Source of the DNA: a virus
Taxonomy: Duplodnaviria; Caudoviricetes
Length of the DNA stretch: 31,494 nucleotides
Strand: one strand, 5' to 3'
IMG/VR virus record: IMGVR_UViG_3300017700_000144
Span: 1 to 31,494 of that record
Shown here: positions 17,566 through 27,443 of the stretch, in pieces
Layout of the letters: each line of letters begins with the position of its first letter
How positions within the stretch are numbered: position 1 is the first letter of the stretch
Made by a program: the position numbers and the translations under genes
The notes under the pieces: model-generated
The model's database searches: none
Seen by the model: the letters and a program-made list of their open reading frames with translations, nothing else
What the model was told of the DNA's origin: nothing

Positions 17566-18347
17566 TACTTACGTCCAAAATTATTAAGCTGATTAAAGGG
17601 ATGTGTAAGATTGTGAAAAGATTCAGTCGGAATATTTCTCCGGGTTTTTTGGAGATGTCTCCAGTTACGCTTAGCGGTTTGTTCTGCCTTAGCGTGGGTA
17701 ACTTGCTTTAACTCAGTCCATGCAAGACTCTTAGCTTCGTTAAGAAGAAGAGCGAATTGCTGAGGCTGAAGGTTAGGAACATACGGATCTTCTTCTACGA
17801 AATCTGTCTTAAGACTTCCATGGCAAAGAGTCTTAGACGACATCAAAGTATTATCTACACTCGCATCATACGAATTAAAAATAATCATATTGTCGTTATA
17901 AGACGTATAATATTCAGGGGCACTGTCATTCTTGTAATAGAAAGTCAGAGTAAAGCCATTAGACTCAAGTTCCATACTAGAAACATCAGGTTCAGCAGAG
18001 TTTAAACTATGTCCGCGTTCGATGAAATCTTCTACAGGAATGTAGTACATCTCCCTCCAATTAGGAGAGGTTTCCGTCAATGTATGCCCGTTGTATTTAA
18101 TCCAATCAATACGATCAATAGTCTCAGGTTTATACATTACGACAGGTTTATCTGTATCATTCGAGGCAGTAAGATTAAACAAAGCTTTATTACTTGCTAG
18201 ATCACTTCTAGAAATAATATCGTCGTAGACAGTCTTGATTACTTTAACTACCTGAAGACTTTCAGGAGTGTCCCAAATACTATTGACTTCATCAGAGTCC
18301 ATCGATGAAAGAATGTCTTGGGTTAATTCTAATAGAGTATATTTCAT
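17565..18347 (-). CDS. head-tail adaptor / tail tubular protein A
   Basis: MKYTLLELTQDILSSMDSDEVNSI.DT.ES start typical of T7 gp11-like adaptors; synteny. Confidence 0.8.
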   Translation of the reverse strand: MKYTLLELTQDILSSMDSDEVNSIWDTPESLQVVKVIKTVYDDIISRSDLASNKALFNLTASNDTDKPVVMYKPETIDRIDWIKYNGHTLTETSPNWREMYYIPVEDFIERGHSLNSAEPDVSSMELESNGFTLTFYYKNDSAPEYYTSYNDNMIIFNSYDASVDNTLMSSKTLCHGSLKTDFVEEDPYVPNLQPQQFALLLNEAKSLAWTELKQVTHAKAEQTAKRNWRHLQKTRRNIPTESFHNLTHPFNQLNNFGRK

Positions 18348-20407
18348 TATCTAGCCTTTATCCAGCAGAGCATAGTTGAATGTGCAGGGATTGCATAAGA
18401 ACTTTCAAATGTACCTAAAGTTATCGCCAAATCAGATACAGTAGCTGAAGTCCTAGCAAGGTAGATTGCACAACCATGGAATAGACTGTCGTCAACTGGA
18501 GCTTGAGACATCGCAAGATCATTAGGAGCAATGTTAATCGTAGACCCAGTTCTGTTCACAACAAGGACTTTTACACGGGCTCCGCTCATAGCAATTGAAA
18601 CTGGTTCGTCAGCATTGGAAGTAACACCACCGCCATTCCAGACTACGTAGTGAGGGTAGAAACCGCTTGTACCATTAGTATAGTTAACAGCCGCTTGGAC
18701 TGCGCCTGTTTCTGTATTCTTGACACAAACAACATCGCCATTGACAAGAAGTCCACCTGTACGGTTGATTCTTATATTACTTGGACCTGCTTGACCTGCC
18801 GGAACGTTTTCTCCATCGTAATAAGCAAAGCTCTGCCCTGCGAAGTTAGCGATAGCAGTACCACCACCACTGGCATTGAGAGAACCTGCTACGACTTTAG
18901 GAAGGAAAGGAGTTCTGTCTTTGAAACACATCGGATCGACAGAGTCGACAACACGATATGGATTGACAAGAACACACTTAGAGTTAGCAGTAGGATCAGC
19001 AACTAGACTTCGGATTTCTTCAGTACGCATTCCAAGGCGAGCTGCATAAGCATTAGGCTCCCAGAAGATTGCATGTGGAGAAGTATTAGGTGCAAAGCCA
19101 TCTGATCTGAGTTGAGCATCACCGTAAGCAATACGATAATACCCGCTTACAGTAGCCGCAGGAATTTCTCTATCGAGAATTACTTCCCGGACAGAACCAT
19201 TACAAACAAAGCTATCAATATAAGCCGCATAGAAATTCCCATCAGTACCTGTAGTAACAAACTGAAAGTTATTGTAATCTCCAGTAGTCCCTTGCATGAA
19301 CTGATCACTTCGAAGCGTCATACGAGTATTCGAAGTAATAGCTTGGATTTCACCTTCTTCAATCTTACGGGCACCTTGGCCAGCAAAGAAGCAACTAGGA
19401 TCGACGTATAGATTGTCGCAGCCACCGCCGTAGGGGAAACCTGTTCCGATAGTACCGAAACCTGTAGTATCAATGATACCTACAAGCATGTCGTTGAATT
19501 CGCAGCCGTAAAGAGCAACGTCATTGACCTTGCCGATAGTATCACGAGGACCACGAAGACGGATAGCGTACCTGCCACGTTCAGCCAGAAGAGTAGCAAC
19601 GGAGTAGAGTTTAACACCAGCATGTGCTGAGGTAGGCTCCCATCGTGCTCTAAGGCTACGGACGTTGACGAGTTTAGCAGACCAAAGACCGCCAGCAGCA
19701 AAGCTGTGGAGATCAATCAAAGCGCCTGCAGGATTGCCAGCTACTTCGCAATTCTCCATGAGAAGTCTTGCGCAGTTAGACAAAGCAATAAGAGGTTGGT
19801 CAGTTGTCTTGTCTCCTCGGCCAATAAGGGTCAACCCTCTTAGTTTAGGATGACTAACCTGTCCTCGAAAAGTAGTACCTTTCCAAGAAGGTTGTCCCAT
19901 AAGATATCTAGCAGCAGGGCTGATCAACCGGATTACAGTTGCCTGTTCTCCAGCTCCTTCAAGTTCAAGACCGGGAGTTTCATCCCATGAATTTCCTGCC
20001 GCAGTAAAATCAGGCATATCAAGTTGCTCAGCAGTCCAATTGCCTTTCTTCAACCACAGATTGAGTAGGTTGAGACTTCTTGCTCGGTACCATGCTCCTG
20101 TCAAATTCATTCCGTCACTTGGATTTACAAGATCATGAAGGGCTATGGCTGGAGCAGCGCCTGTAATCTTAGAGATATTCTTGACTTGAGCGAAGGTAAC
20201 AGGATCTTTATCATCAATAGCATTAGGAAGATTGATAATCCTGTTATCATTCATATCAAGCTGCCCTTCCATCATGTTGGGAGAAGTCCCATCACGTGAA
20301 ATGGTATTTTCAATTGCAGCTTCTAGCTTAGTATTGTTTAGATTAATCGCAGAAACAGCTGTAGCTTCATTCTGAAGATTAGTCACATCTTGTAAATTCA
20401 ACTTCAT
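18347..20407 (-). CDS. tailspike / tail fibre with probable beta-helix domain
   Basis: N-terminal anchor (TISRDGTSPNMMEGQLDMNDNRIINLP), then LELEGAGEQATVI and beta-helix-like rungs. Confidence 0.8.
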   Translation of the reverse strand: MKLNLQDVTNLQNEATAVSAINLNNTKLEAAIENTISRDGTSPNMMEGQLDMNDNRIINLPNAIDDKDPVTFAQVKNISKITGAAPAIALHDLVNPSDGMNLTGAWYRARSLNLLNLWLKKGNWTAEQLDMPDFTAAGNSWDETPGLELEGAGEQATVIRLISPAARYLMGQPSWKGTTFRGQVSHPKLRGLTLIGRGDKTTDQPLIALSNCARLLMENCEVAGNPAGALIDLHSFAAGGLWSAKLVNVRSLRARWEPTSAHAGVKLYSVATLLAERGRYAIRLRGPRDTIGKVNDVALYGCEFNDMLVGIIDTTGFGTIGTGFPYGGGCDNLYVDPSCFFAGQGARKIEEGEIQAITSNTRMTLRSDQFMQGTTGDYNNFQFVTTGTDGNFYAAYIDSFVCNGSVREVILDREIPAATVSGYYRIAYGDAQLRSDGFAPNTSPHAIFWEPNAYAARLGMRTEEIRSLVADPTANSKCVLVNPYRVVDSVDPMCFKDRTPFLPKVVAGSLNASGGGTAIANFAGQSFAYYDGENVPAGQAGPSNIRINRTGGLLVNGDVVCVKNTETGAVQAAVNYTNGTSGFYPHYVVWNGGGVTSNADEPVSIAMSGARVKVLVVNRTGSTINIAPNDLAMSQAPVDDSLFHGCAIYLARTSATVSDLAITLGTFESSYAIPAHSTMLCWIKAR

Positions 20408-20408
20408 C

Positions 20409-21326
20409 TTAGGTCTTTATGCAGGTCATCAAGACAATGCTAGTCGGACGAGCTTCAGAACTACCGTTAGAAGACGTAGTCAAACTATAAGGATGGACGT
20501 GAGCTGTCGAAGCACCTGTAGTACTTCCTGCGTAAGTATGCGTATGATCGATGTTAGTCGTCGCACTGGCATTAGGCTGATCGAGAAGACCCGAGCCACC
20601 TGCAAGAGAGATCGAACCTGTTCCGCCGATGATAGGTTTCTGATAAACAACAGAGGGGTTTTGGTTTCCATTCATGGCAGAAGTAGTGCCAGAATAATCG
20701 TGGGTATGGCCGATGTTTTCATCGCCAGTTACCCCCGAGGCAGTATGCGTATGCGCAAGGTTCTGACTGTCTTGAAGAACACCAATCGGATTAGTGCCAA
20801 CACGAGAACGTCGATAACGACCTGCTGTCGAAACATCAGGTAGACGAATAATATCTGTTCCAAGATACCACGGAGATACAATTACAGTAGCAGACCCTGA
20901 AGAAGCTGCAGTACCAGACATTGTAATCTGAGCGGAAGAATCAATTGAAATGATTTGAGTCCCTGCTGTAATACCCGTACCAAATACGTAGTATCCGACT
21001 TTCATTCCTGTAGTCGAAGGCAGAGAAGTAATAATAGCGCTACCAGAAGAACGATTGCCGGTGCGCTGAATAGTTAAAACTGAGAATAAAGAAGGGTAGG
21101 TGTTGATGTTAATATAAGAACCATCGCACTCCAACCAACCTGATTGTGCAACAGGCCAAGCAAAGTCTGCGATTTGTCCTGTAAAAGAAGAAATACCAAG
21201 GGAAGCCCAGTTCCCGCTCCCACTTCCGTTAGAAACGTAAACCTCACCTATATTGGCGTTTTCAATACCCTTGGGTTCATGAAGTTGATCGCCGGTTAAA
21301 ACGGCATGAGAGATTGTATCGACCAT
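20409..21326 (-). CDS. tail fibre with phage tail-collar domain and HxH tip
   Basis: GQIADFA...GWLECDGS......YPSLF...RLPD collar motif, four HxH motifs, EARP...MTCIKT ending. Confidence 0.85.
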   Translation of the reverse strand: MVDTISHAVLTGDQLHEPKGIENANIGEVYVSNGSGSGNWASLGISSFTGQIADFAWPVAQSGWLECDGSYININTYPSLFSVLTIQRTGNRSSGSAIITSLPSTTGMKVGYYVFGTGITAGTQIISIDSSAQITMSGTAASSGSATVIVSPWYLGTDIIRLPDVSTAGRYRRSRVGTNPIGVLQDSQNLAHTHTASGVTGDENIGHTHDYSGTTSAMNGNQNPSVVYQKPIIGGTGSISLAGGSGLLDQPNASATTNIDHTHTYAGSTTGASTAHVHPYSLTTSSNGSSEARPTSIVLMTCIKT

Positions 21327-21338
21327 AATAATCCTTTA

Positions 21339-21366
21339 AGAAATGGGGGCGCTAAGGCCCCCATTC
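21339..21366 (-). terminator. Rho-independent terminator after the capsid genes
   Basis: Minus strand AATGGGGGC-CTTAGC-GCCCCCATT followed by TCTT; short U tract, probably leaky. Confidence 0.7.
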
Positions 21367-21374
21367 GTTAGTCC

Positions 21375-21863
21375 TTACGGACGCTCGTAACGGATACGAA
21401 CCTTGATGACGCCAGCAGTAAATGCAGTCGCAGAAGTGCGAGAGCAAGTAATGTGGCCCACGAAGGGAACGGTAGTTCCGTTAGTGATGTAGGCACCCAC
21501 AGACGTGCTGCCCTTGACGAGACGGAGCTTGGCTCCGGCAGTCAGAGAAGCAGTCGCCATAGCGGCCACGATACCGTCGAAGTCCATCTCGGTCGTACGA
21601 TCAGTACGAACAAGACCGATGTCAATCGCGGTGCCGGTTGCGGCAGCGGTCTCGACATAGATTTCAACTTCCTGAATCTTCACACCCGTAGGGAAGAAGA
21701 TGTTGTCGTTGATGACGGTTTCGGATTCGGTGAGGGTCGTCAGATCGATACGAATTTCGATCTCACGCTCAGCACCAGTAGTGCGGTATTCGCCACCCGT
21801 AGAGGTGACGGTCTGTTCAGTACCATATTTCTGGTAAAGACCAGCGTTGTCATTCCAAGCCAT
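21375..21863 (-). CDS. capsid decoration / minor capsid protein
   Basis: Directly after the major capsid gene, AAAGGA SD, same strong codon bias, beta-rich, terminator follows. Confidence 0.7.
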   Translation of the reverse strand: MAWNDNAGLYQKYGTEQTVTSTGGEYRTTGAEREIEIRIDLTTLTESETVINDNIFFPTGVKIQEVEIYVETAAATGTAIDIGLVRTDRTTEMDFDGIVAAMATASLTAGAKLRLVKGSTSVGAYITNGTTVPFVGHITCSRTSATAFTAGVIKVRIRYERP

Positions 21864-21879
21864 AGTGTTTCCTTTCTAC

Positions 21880-22839
21880 TTAGACTACCTGATCCACGTC
21901 GGTCAGAACGATGACGAGGTTTTCAGGGCGGAACACTTGCACACCATACTCACAGATCGTGAGGAACTCAGTCTGCTGGAGATCTTTGTTGAACTCGCTG
22001 AAGACTGTGGGCATCTGGCGGAAAGCGGCGATGAACGGAGTGGTATCACCCGGCTCAGCGCTAAAGAAGAGATTGGCGACGCCAACCGTAACAGACTTAC
22101 TGTTAACCGTCTCCGCGATATTGCGCGGCAGATAGTTAGACACGTACACGTCAAAGCCATAGAGGCTGAAACGGAACTGGAAGCCCGACACGAGACCCTC
22201 GTGCACCAGATTGCCCCACTTGGGCATCGGGGACAGAAGGTTGACCGAGTTGGTCTGGTTCTCAATGGCGAAAGCCACCGAGGGATCGACAATCGCAACG
22301 AGATTGCGCATCGGGACGTTTGCACGACGGAGAGAATACTCCGCGAGCATGAAGTCTTTCAGAGCAAGGGTTTCGTTCGTACCCGAACCGACCCAGCGAT
22401 GCGCAGCACCGTTGATGAGGTTCAGATCGGATGCGGTTTGCGACGAATTAGCACGGCTGAAGACACGAGCTTCAAAACCTTTCATGAGGGCACGATGCTG
22501 CTCAGGAGCGAAAGCTGCCTGAACCTCTGCCGACCAGAAGCTGTCACGCTTGAACTTCTCGGAGATCGAGTTAGCCGAGTACTTATACTGATCGATCTGG
22601 AACGTGAAGTTACCAGTGTCGAACTTATTGTACTTGATTGCTTGACCTTCGGCGAAGTCAGCTTGTTCAGCCTGACCCAGTCGGGGGATGTTTAGAGTCG
22701 TACCGTCCGGAAAGTCCGTGATCGTTCGAACAAAACGCATGGCGAACAGGTCGTCCTGAAACATCCGCGTAATATCACGCGAATAGATTTGGGCTCGGAC
22801 GAGGTGTTCGTTAGTGAGAGTAGTGAACCCACTAGCCAT
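21880..22839 (-). CDS. major capsid protein
   Basis: 319 aa after the scaffold. DFPDGTTLNIPRLG, EYGVQVFRPENLVIV C-terminus, AGGAG SD, strong codon bias. Confidence 0.9.
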   Translation of the reverse strand: MASGFTTLTNEHLVRAQIYSRDITRMFQDDLFAMRFVRTITDFPDGTTLNIPRLGQAEQADFAEGQAIKYNKFDTGNFTFQIDQYKYSANSISEKFKRDSFWSAEVQAAFAPEQHRALMKGFEARVFSRANSSQTASDLNLINGAAHRWVGSGTNETLALKDFMLAEYSLRRANVPMRNLVAIVDPSVAFAIENQTNSVNLLSPMPKWGNLVHEGLVSGFQFRFSLYGFDVYVSNYLPRNIAETVNSKSVTVGVANLFFSAEPGDTTPFIAAFRQMPTVFSEFNKDLQQTEFLTICEYGVQVFRPENLVIVLTDVDQVV

Positions 22840-22861
22840 TAGTTATAGTCTCCTGATTTGA

Positions 22862-23650
22862 TTAATGACCGTATGCTCTCCAGTCACCGTCTTCGAAGGC
22901 AGAGCCTAAGGCGAGGGCGTCTTTGAACATTTGGTCTTGGATTTTTGGACTACGATAAAGCGTGGGGTTTTCCTTACGGAGCTTCTGGTAATAAGCGTTA
23001 GTTCGCTTAGGTTCAGTTCCCAGAGGGGAAGCTGTACGAGAAGATGCCGGAGGAGCTTGGAAGCCTTCTTGCTGACGTTGGCCAGTAATGCCGAGTGTCT
23101 TAAAGAGCACTTCGGGATGTTTACGGGCTAAGCCATTGACGAAGTCTTTATCAAGACCCATGCTATCGATGGTTTGTTTAAGAGAACTTTGGTAATTAGG
23201 TCCAAAGTGCTCGATGAGTTTAGCTTCTACTGTACGAGCATTTTCTTCCTCACGTTCCAACTGTTTATTCTGTCGGATACGTTCGTTGATCATCTCGTCA
23301 AGTTTAGCTTGATCGAAAACGGGCGACTCAGGTTCGCTGGGGTTAGTGCTAGTCTGTTGCTGGTTTTGAGTACCGAAACGTTGTTCGAGAATCTCAGCCA
23401 GCTTTGGCCCTGCTTTGTACTCTTCCTGCAGACGCAGATAATCAGTACGGAGTTCGTCCTGACGCTGCTTCATGTGGTCGATGTACGCGTCACCGTGATA
23501 CACAGATTTAGCCAAAGCTTTTTTCAAGTCTTCATCAGACTCATATTTACTTCGGTCAAACTTACCTCCGGGTCCGGTCAGGACTTCAAAAGGGTCTACG
23601 GTGTTGTCGAGGTTGGGTTGGCTACCATCCTCTTTAAAAAGGTCGGTCAT
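22862..23650 (-). CDS. capsid scaffolding protein
   Basis: Charged helical 262-aa protein between portal and capsid. Confidence 0.8.
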   Translation of the reverse strand: MTDLFKEDGSQPNLDNTVDPFEVLTGPGGKFDRSKYESDEDLKKALAKSVYHGDAYIDHMKQRQDELRTDYLRLQEEYKAGPKLAEILEQRFGTQNQQQTSTNPSEPESPVFDQAKLDEMINERIRQNKQLEREEENARTVEAKLIEHFGPNYQSSLKQTIDSMGLDKDFVNGLARKHPEVLFKTLGITGQRQQEGFQAPPASSRTASPLGTEPKRTNAYYQKLRKENPTLYRSPKIQDQMFKDALALGSAFEDGDWRAYGH

Positions 23651-23781
23651 TGTTTAAATCCGCCTTCAGTAAGAAGTTTAATAAGATCGTCTTTAGTCAT
23701 ATTCTCAGCAGCGATATTACCGTCAGCTTCAAACATAACTACGACATTTTCGCCTTTGGTCAGGTGAATAGTAGTTTTCAT
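23647..23781 (-). CDS. small hypothetical protein, 44 aa (MKTTIHLTKGENVVVMF...)
   Basis: Manual translation; ATGA overlaps at both ends fill the gap exactly. Confidence 0.65.
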   Translation of the reverse strand: MKTTIHLTKGENVVVMFEADGNIAAENMTKDDLIKLLTEGGFKQ

Positions 23782-24050
23782 TGGTTATAAATGTCTTTCT
23801 GTTGGTCCAGATTGATAAGTGATTTAATTTCGGCTATAGCACGGCTATACCCGTTGTTGTCCGCTGCTTTGAAACTCCAAGAAGGAGAGTCATAAGAAGA
23901 AAGGCTTTGGATTACTCTTTCAGCTCCTTTTTCTTTTTCAGTCAGAATTGTTGCAAGTCGTTCTAAGACAAGCCTAGAACCGATTACTGAATTATGAAAC
24001 CTGTCTTTTTCCTCTTGGGTCTTTAGGTGTTGGGTCCAAGCTGTTTTCAT
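23778..24050 (-). CDS. small head-module protein, 90 aa
   Basis: ATGA-coupled to the portal gene; YDSPSW..K.AD.NGY motif. Confidence 0.75.
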   Translation of the reverse strand: MKTAWTQHLKTQEEKDRFHNSVIGSRLVLERLATILTEKEKGAERVIQSLSSYDSPSWSFKAADNNGYSRAIAEIKSLINLDQQKDIYNQ

Positions 24051-25861
24051 TGTATTGCACCTTGCATCATAGCTGCCCCGGGTTGAGGCGTATCAAGATC
24101 ATAATCTTCACCCATTCCAGACGCAGTCTGGGTAGCCTGAAGAGTCTGTTCTTGTAAGGCTTGAGCCATACGCTGACCATCGGCCTGTTCGGACAATGCT
24201 ACGTACGGGATGATTATTTCTTCATTCTCGATGTTGAAAGACTTTTCGAACATCTTTGCCAGCTTAACGCCCGAGAAGTGTGGTTGTACCACAGCCCACA
24301 GGGGAGAGCTTGCAAGACTTGTAAGATTTTGGATAAGCTCGGCTTGCTCTGCAAAGTGACGTGCAGCGACAGGTTTGATACGCCCAATACCCGTAATGTC
24401 CTCGACAGTGAGGGAGCGGAATGAAGCGGCTTTAAGTTCATCATCAAATACCTTTATAACAGTCACGCCAGTCAGATTACGACGAGATAGTTCAAGCTGA
24501 GCATTCAGAAGAGGCTCGACAACTTGTTCTTCGAATTGTTTAATTTTATTCTGAAAAACGCGGCTGGCAGCGTTTTCTAACCTTTGAACCTCATATTTTG
24601 TTTTCTCTCCCGGAGTACGGAAGCCCATTGCTTCTTTAGGAGCGCCAGCCATTTCTTCCATCAACGCCATAAGGTACTGGACCTCATTGTTAGCGCTCAT
24701 AATTTCAACACGGGGTTGAACAAGATCGACATCGCCTTCTTCAGACGTATAGATTTTCTCTCCCGGCTGCCAAGTGAACTCTTCGACAAAGCCTTTGATC
24801 TTCTGGACAGGATATGTCACAAGATCCCAGATATCAGCTTTCATATTCTCGATATGATCGATACGGTATTGCATACCAACGAGGTTATCGAGAGGACCCA
24901 TTCCCCACAGGTTGTCCTGCTTCTTACGCCATGCGGCATGGAAGATTGGAGGGAAACCAAAGAAGGAAGGATTAGGCTTCGAGTTAATAAGCTTATGCCG
25001 ATCGACGACAGTAATGACATGGTTCTTAAGAAGCGTGTCAGTTTCATGGTCGTACATATCGCCATAGAAAGTCAGGACTTCAACAGTATCCGACTTGAGG
25101 TATTCTTGGAAGGAAGTAAATCCGTCCATACCATAGAGGTTATCACGCTGCTGCCAATCACCTGTATAGTCTTTAGCGGCGGAGCGGATTTCTTTCAGGT
25201 AATGCCAAAGCTCTTCATATTCTTCACGATTTTCATCGTTAGTCATCTTTTCAAGAAGGCTCTTTAACTCCCCAAGAGAGATATGGCTTCGGACGATTTT
25301 AGGAGAAGACTCAAAAGAGGGAGCGGTAGGGTTCATGACAATGTCAAGAGGAGAGATACGGCGAACTGCCGGACCTACGTACCCTGCTTGAATACCATTA
25401 GCCTGTTCTACCCTCTGGTCGGCCCATTCAACAGTTACGAAACAATTACCGTAGTCGATATAATCTAGGACTACTTTGTCGATTTCATGTTTAAAGGACG
25501 GTTGAGAGATAACCCAAGACATGAAATTCGAAATCGAATCTCGCTTGGCTTTACTATTAGAGTCTTTTTCGTTGGCTTCCCATATGATAGGAACTCGGTT
25601 AGGAAACATCGTTGCCGTGTAATTAGAATAGAGATTATCTCTAATCTGACACAGCTTCGGGATTGTAGTTTTATTCTTCCAAGGCAATTGCGCATTGCTG
25701 GTGTGTGTGGTATCAGTCGCGTAAACGTACTGGCGAATTTCTTCCCAGTCACGAAGTTTAAGCGAGCGCATGTTATTCCACGTAATCCAAGTCTCGGCAA
25801 TCTTAGTTGCACGACGGTCTGGAGAGACTACGTCTTCTACATGGAGGACTTTACCGGTCAT
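24047..25861 (-). CDS. portal protein
   Basis: 604 aa after terminase, with LDYIDYGNCF, RRISPLDIV and WGMGPLDNL. Confidence 0.9.
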   Translation of the reverse strand: MTGKVLHVEDVVSPDRRATKIAETWITWNNMRSLKLRDWEEIRQYVYATDTTHTSNAQLPWKNKTTIPKLCQIRDNLYSNYTATMFPNRVPIIWEANEKDSNSKAKRDSISNFMSWVISQPSFKHEIDKVVLDYIDYGNCFVTVEWADQRVEQANGIQAGYVGPAVRRISPLDIVMNPTAPSFESSPKIVRSHISLGELKSLLEKMTNDENREEYEELWHYLKEIRSAAKDYTGDWQQRDNLYGMDGFTSFQEYLKSDTVEVLTFYGDMYDHETDTLLKNHVITVVDRHKLINSKPNPSFFGFPPIFHAAWRKKQDNLWGMGPLDNLVGMQYRIDHIENMKADIWDLVTYPVQKIKGFVEEFTWQPGEKIYTSEEGDVDLVQPRVEIMSANNEVQYLMALMEEMAGAPKEAMGFRTPGEKTKYEVQRLENAASRVFQNKIKQFEEQVVEPLLNAQLELSRRNLTGVTVIKVFDDELKAASFRSLTVEDITGIGRIKPVAARHFAEQAELIQNLTSLASSPLWAVVQPHFSGVKLAKMFEKSFNIENEEIIIPYVALSEQADGQRMAQALQEQTLQATQTASGMGEDYDLDTPQPGAAMMQGAIQ

Positions 25862-25871
25862 TAATTAACTT

Positions 25872-27437
25872 TCAGGCTACACCACCCCAACGGGTGTTGA
25901 ATTGGAAGGCAGGTTGAGATTGGCGGGATTTAGCGAAGATGTTCATAGGAGCTACTGCGAAGTCGATAGCAGACGCTAAGGCGTCTTTGATATCGTCATG
26001 TGCAGGATTAGCGAAAATCAGTTCTTCTTCAAGAGCTTGAATATTTCCGCCAGTATAGTGATAGATTTGTTTATTAGCATATTTGGGTTCAAGAACAGCA
26101 AGGATACGTTCTTGTTTACTTCCTAACCAACGGCTAGGGCGGAACTCATCTACTGATAAACCTAATCCGAGTTTACGGATGTAGTTTTCTTTCAGATCGT
26201 TTACGAGAGCTTGCTGAGCGACAGAGACTTCGGCTCTGATACGCCTAAAACCCCATTTTTCATACAGCTTGATAATTCTTCCGAAGTACTCGGACGGAGT
26301 AGCAGTCCTGAAGCGATCAATGTCCATAATGTAGTAGTTGTGATCACCGTCTACTCCTACGACGACGATACACGTATAGTCGGAGTTCTTACCTGTAGAA
26401 TAAGCAAAATCAACAGCAGCAACGACATTTAGCCTTGCGCCTTTGAACGTCCACGTGGATTCTCTTCGAGAGAGGAAATTCTGGTCGTAGTATTGGAAGA
26501 GGCTTCGCTGGATTGGCGAAGAGTCGATATCATGAGGGTCGTTATAGTATTGGGCACGGAAGTGGATTTTATTAACATACTGTGCTCGTTTTTGAGCGAG
26601 AATGTTTTGATCAAATCCAAACCACTTTCCGTCAACTCTTTGCTGACGCGGCCATATGAATTGACCAGTTCCATCGCCAAAGTTTTCAACAGCGTACTCT
26701 TTAACTTCAAAAAGTTGAGTTCTTTGATTAACATTGCCAATTTCATCGTAGCTTTCCATCTCCATTTCTAACAAAGTAGAATACAAATCTTTAGGGTGAT
26801 ACCTTGTACCGACAACCCATTCTTTAGCATTCCCTGCTTCAATAGACGATAAATAGCCGTACTGCTCTTTTACCTTTTCTCGTCCGTCTTCGATATACGC
26901 ATTGCTTGCAACAACCACGTCATCAAGGACTGCGATATCACAATGCATACCAACAATGTTGGTAGTAAGCCCAGCAGTGAAAATCGAAGGGTCTCTAATA
27001 GACTCAGTTTTTCTTTGGGGGTGGTCAACTGAGATTTCCCTTTCAGTCCATTTTTCTCGCTTGGCTTCTTCTTGATTAACCATTTCTGGCCAGAAGCGTC
27101 TGTAAGTATCAGAAGCAAGAATATCCTTCATAAACTTTAACTGCTTAGTAGCAAGGTTACTTGTACTAGAAATATAAAGAATACGAAGAGTAGGATCTCT
27201 TGTTAGTTCCCATACGACACGGTATGCTATAAGAGCAGACTTCATGTGATCGCGGGGAAGTAGTAATAATTGATGGCTCTTTGCAGCAGAACTAGTCCAC
27301 CACTTAATAACTTCTCTATGGACGTTACCAAGAACACGGAGAGGATGGATAAGCTGAATGAATTCTTCTAAATCAGACTCAGCAAGCTGCCGACGTTCGT
27401 CGAGCTTCTGCTCTGAGTCCGTTAATTTCTTTTTCAT
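25872..27437 (-). CDS. terL: terminase large subunit
   Basis: Walker A-like LLPRDHMKS, Walker B IAVLDD, VGTRYH, nuclease motifs VDFAYS and HDDIKDALA. Confidence 0.92.
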   Translation of the reverse strand: MKKKLTDSEQKLDERRQLAESDLEEFIQLIHPLRVLGNVHREVIKWWTSSAAKSHQLLLLPRDHMKSALIAYRVVWELTRDPTLRILYISSTSNLATKQLKFMKDILASDTYRRFWPEMVNQEEAKREKWTEREISVDHPQRKTESIRDPSIFTAGLTTNIVGMHCDIAVLDDVVVASNAYIEDGREKVKEQYGYLSSIEAGNAKEWVVGTRYHPKDLYSTLLEMEMESYDEIGNVNQRTQLFEVKEYAVENFGDGTGQFIWPRQQRVDGKWFGFDQNILAQKRAQYVNKIHFRAQYYNDPHDIDSSPIQRSLFQYYDQNFLSRRESTWTFKGARLNVVAAVDFAYSTGKNSDYTCIVVVGVDGDHNYYIMDIDRFRTATPSEYFGRIIKLYEKWGFRRIRAEVSVAQQALVNDLKENYIRKLGLGLSVDEFRPSRWLGSKQERILAVLEPKYANKQIYHYTGGNIQALEEELIFANPAHDDIKDALASAIDFAVAPMNIFAKSRQSQPAFQFNTRWGGVA

Positions 27438-27443
27438 TTAAAA

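Noticed and set aside
21863-21900. T7-style capsid frameshift or read-through extension
   Set aside because: No slippery heptamer near the stop, and the next gene has its own strong SD.
21847-22695. 282-aa plus-strand ORF, and similar antisense ORFs at 2820-3389, 21453-21914, 23174-23767 and 24584-25267
   Set aside because: They are antisense shadows of real, often codon-biased genes; no recognisable motifs.
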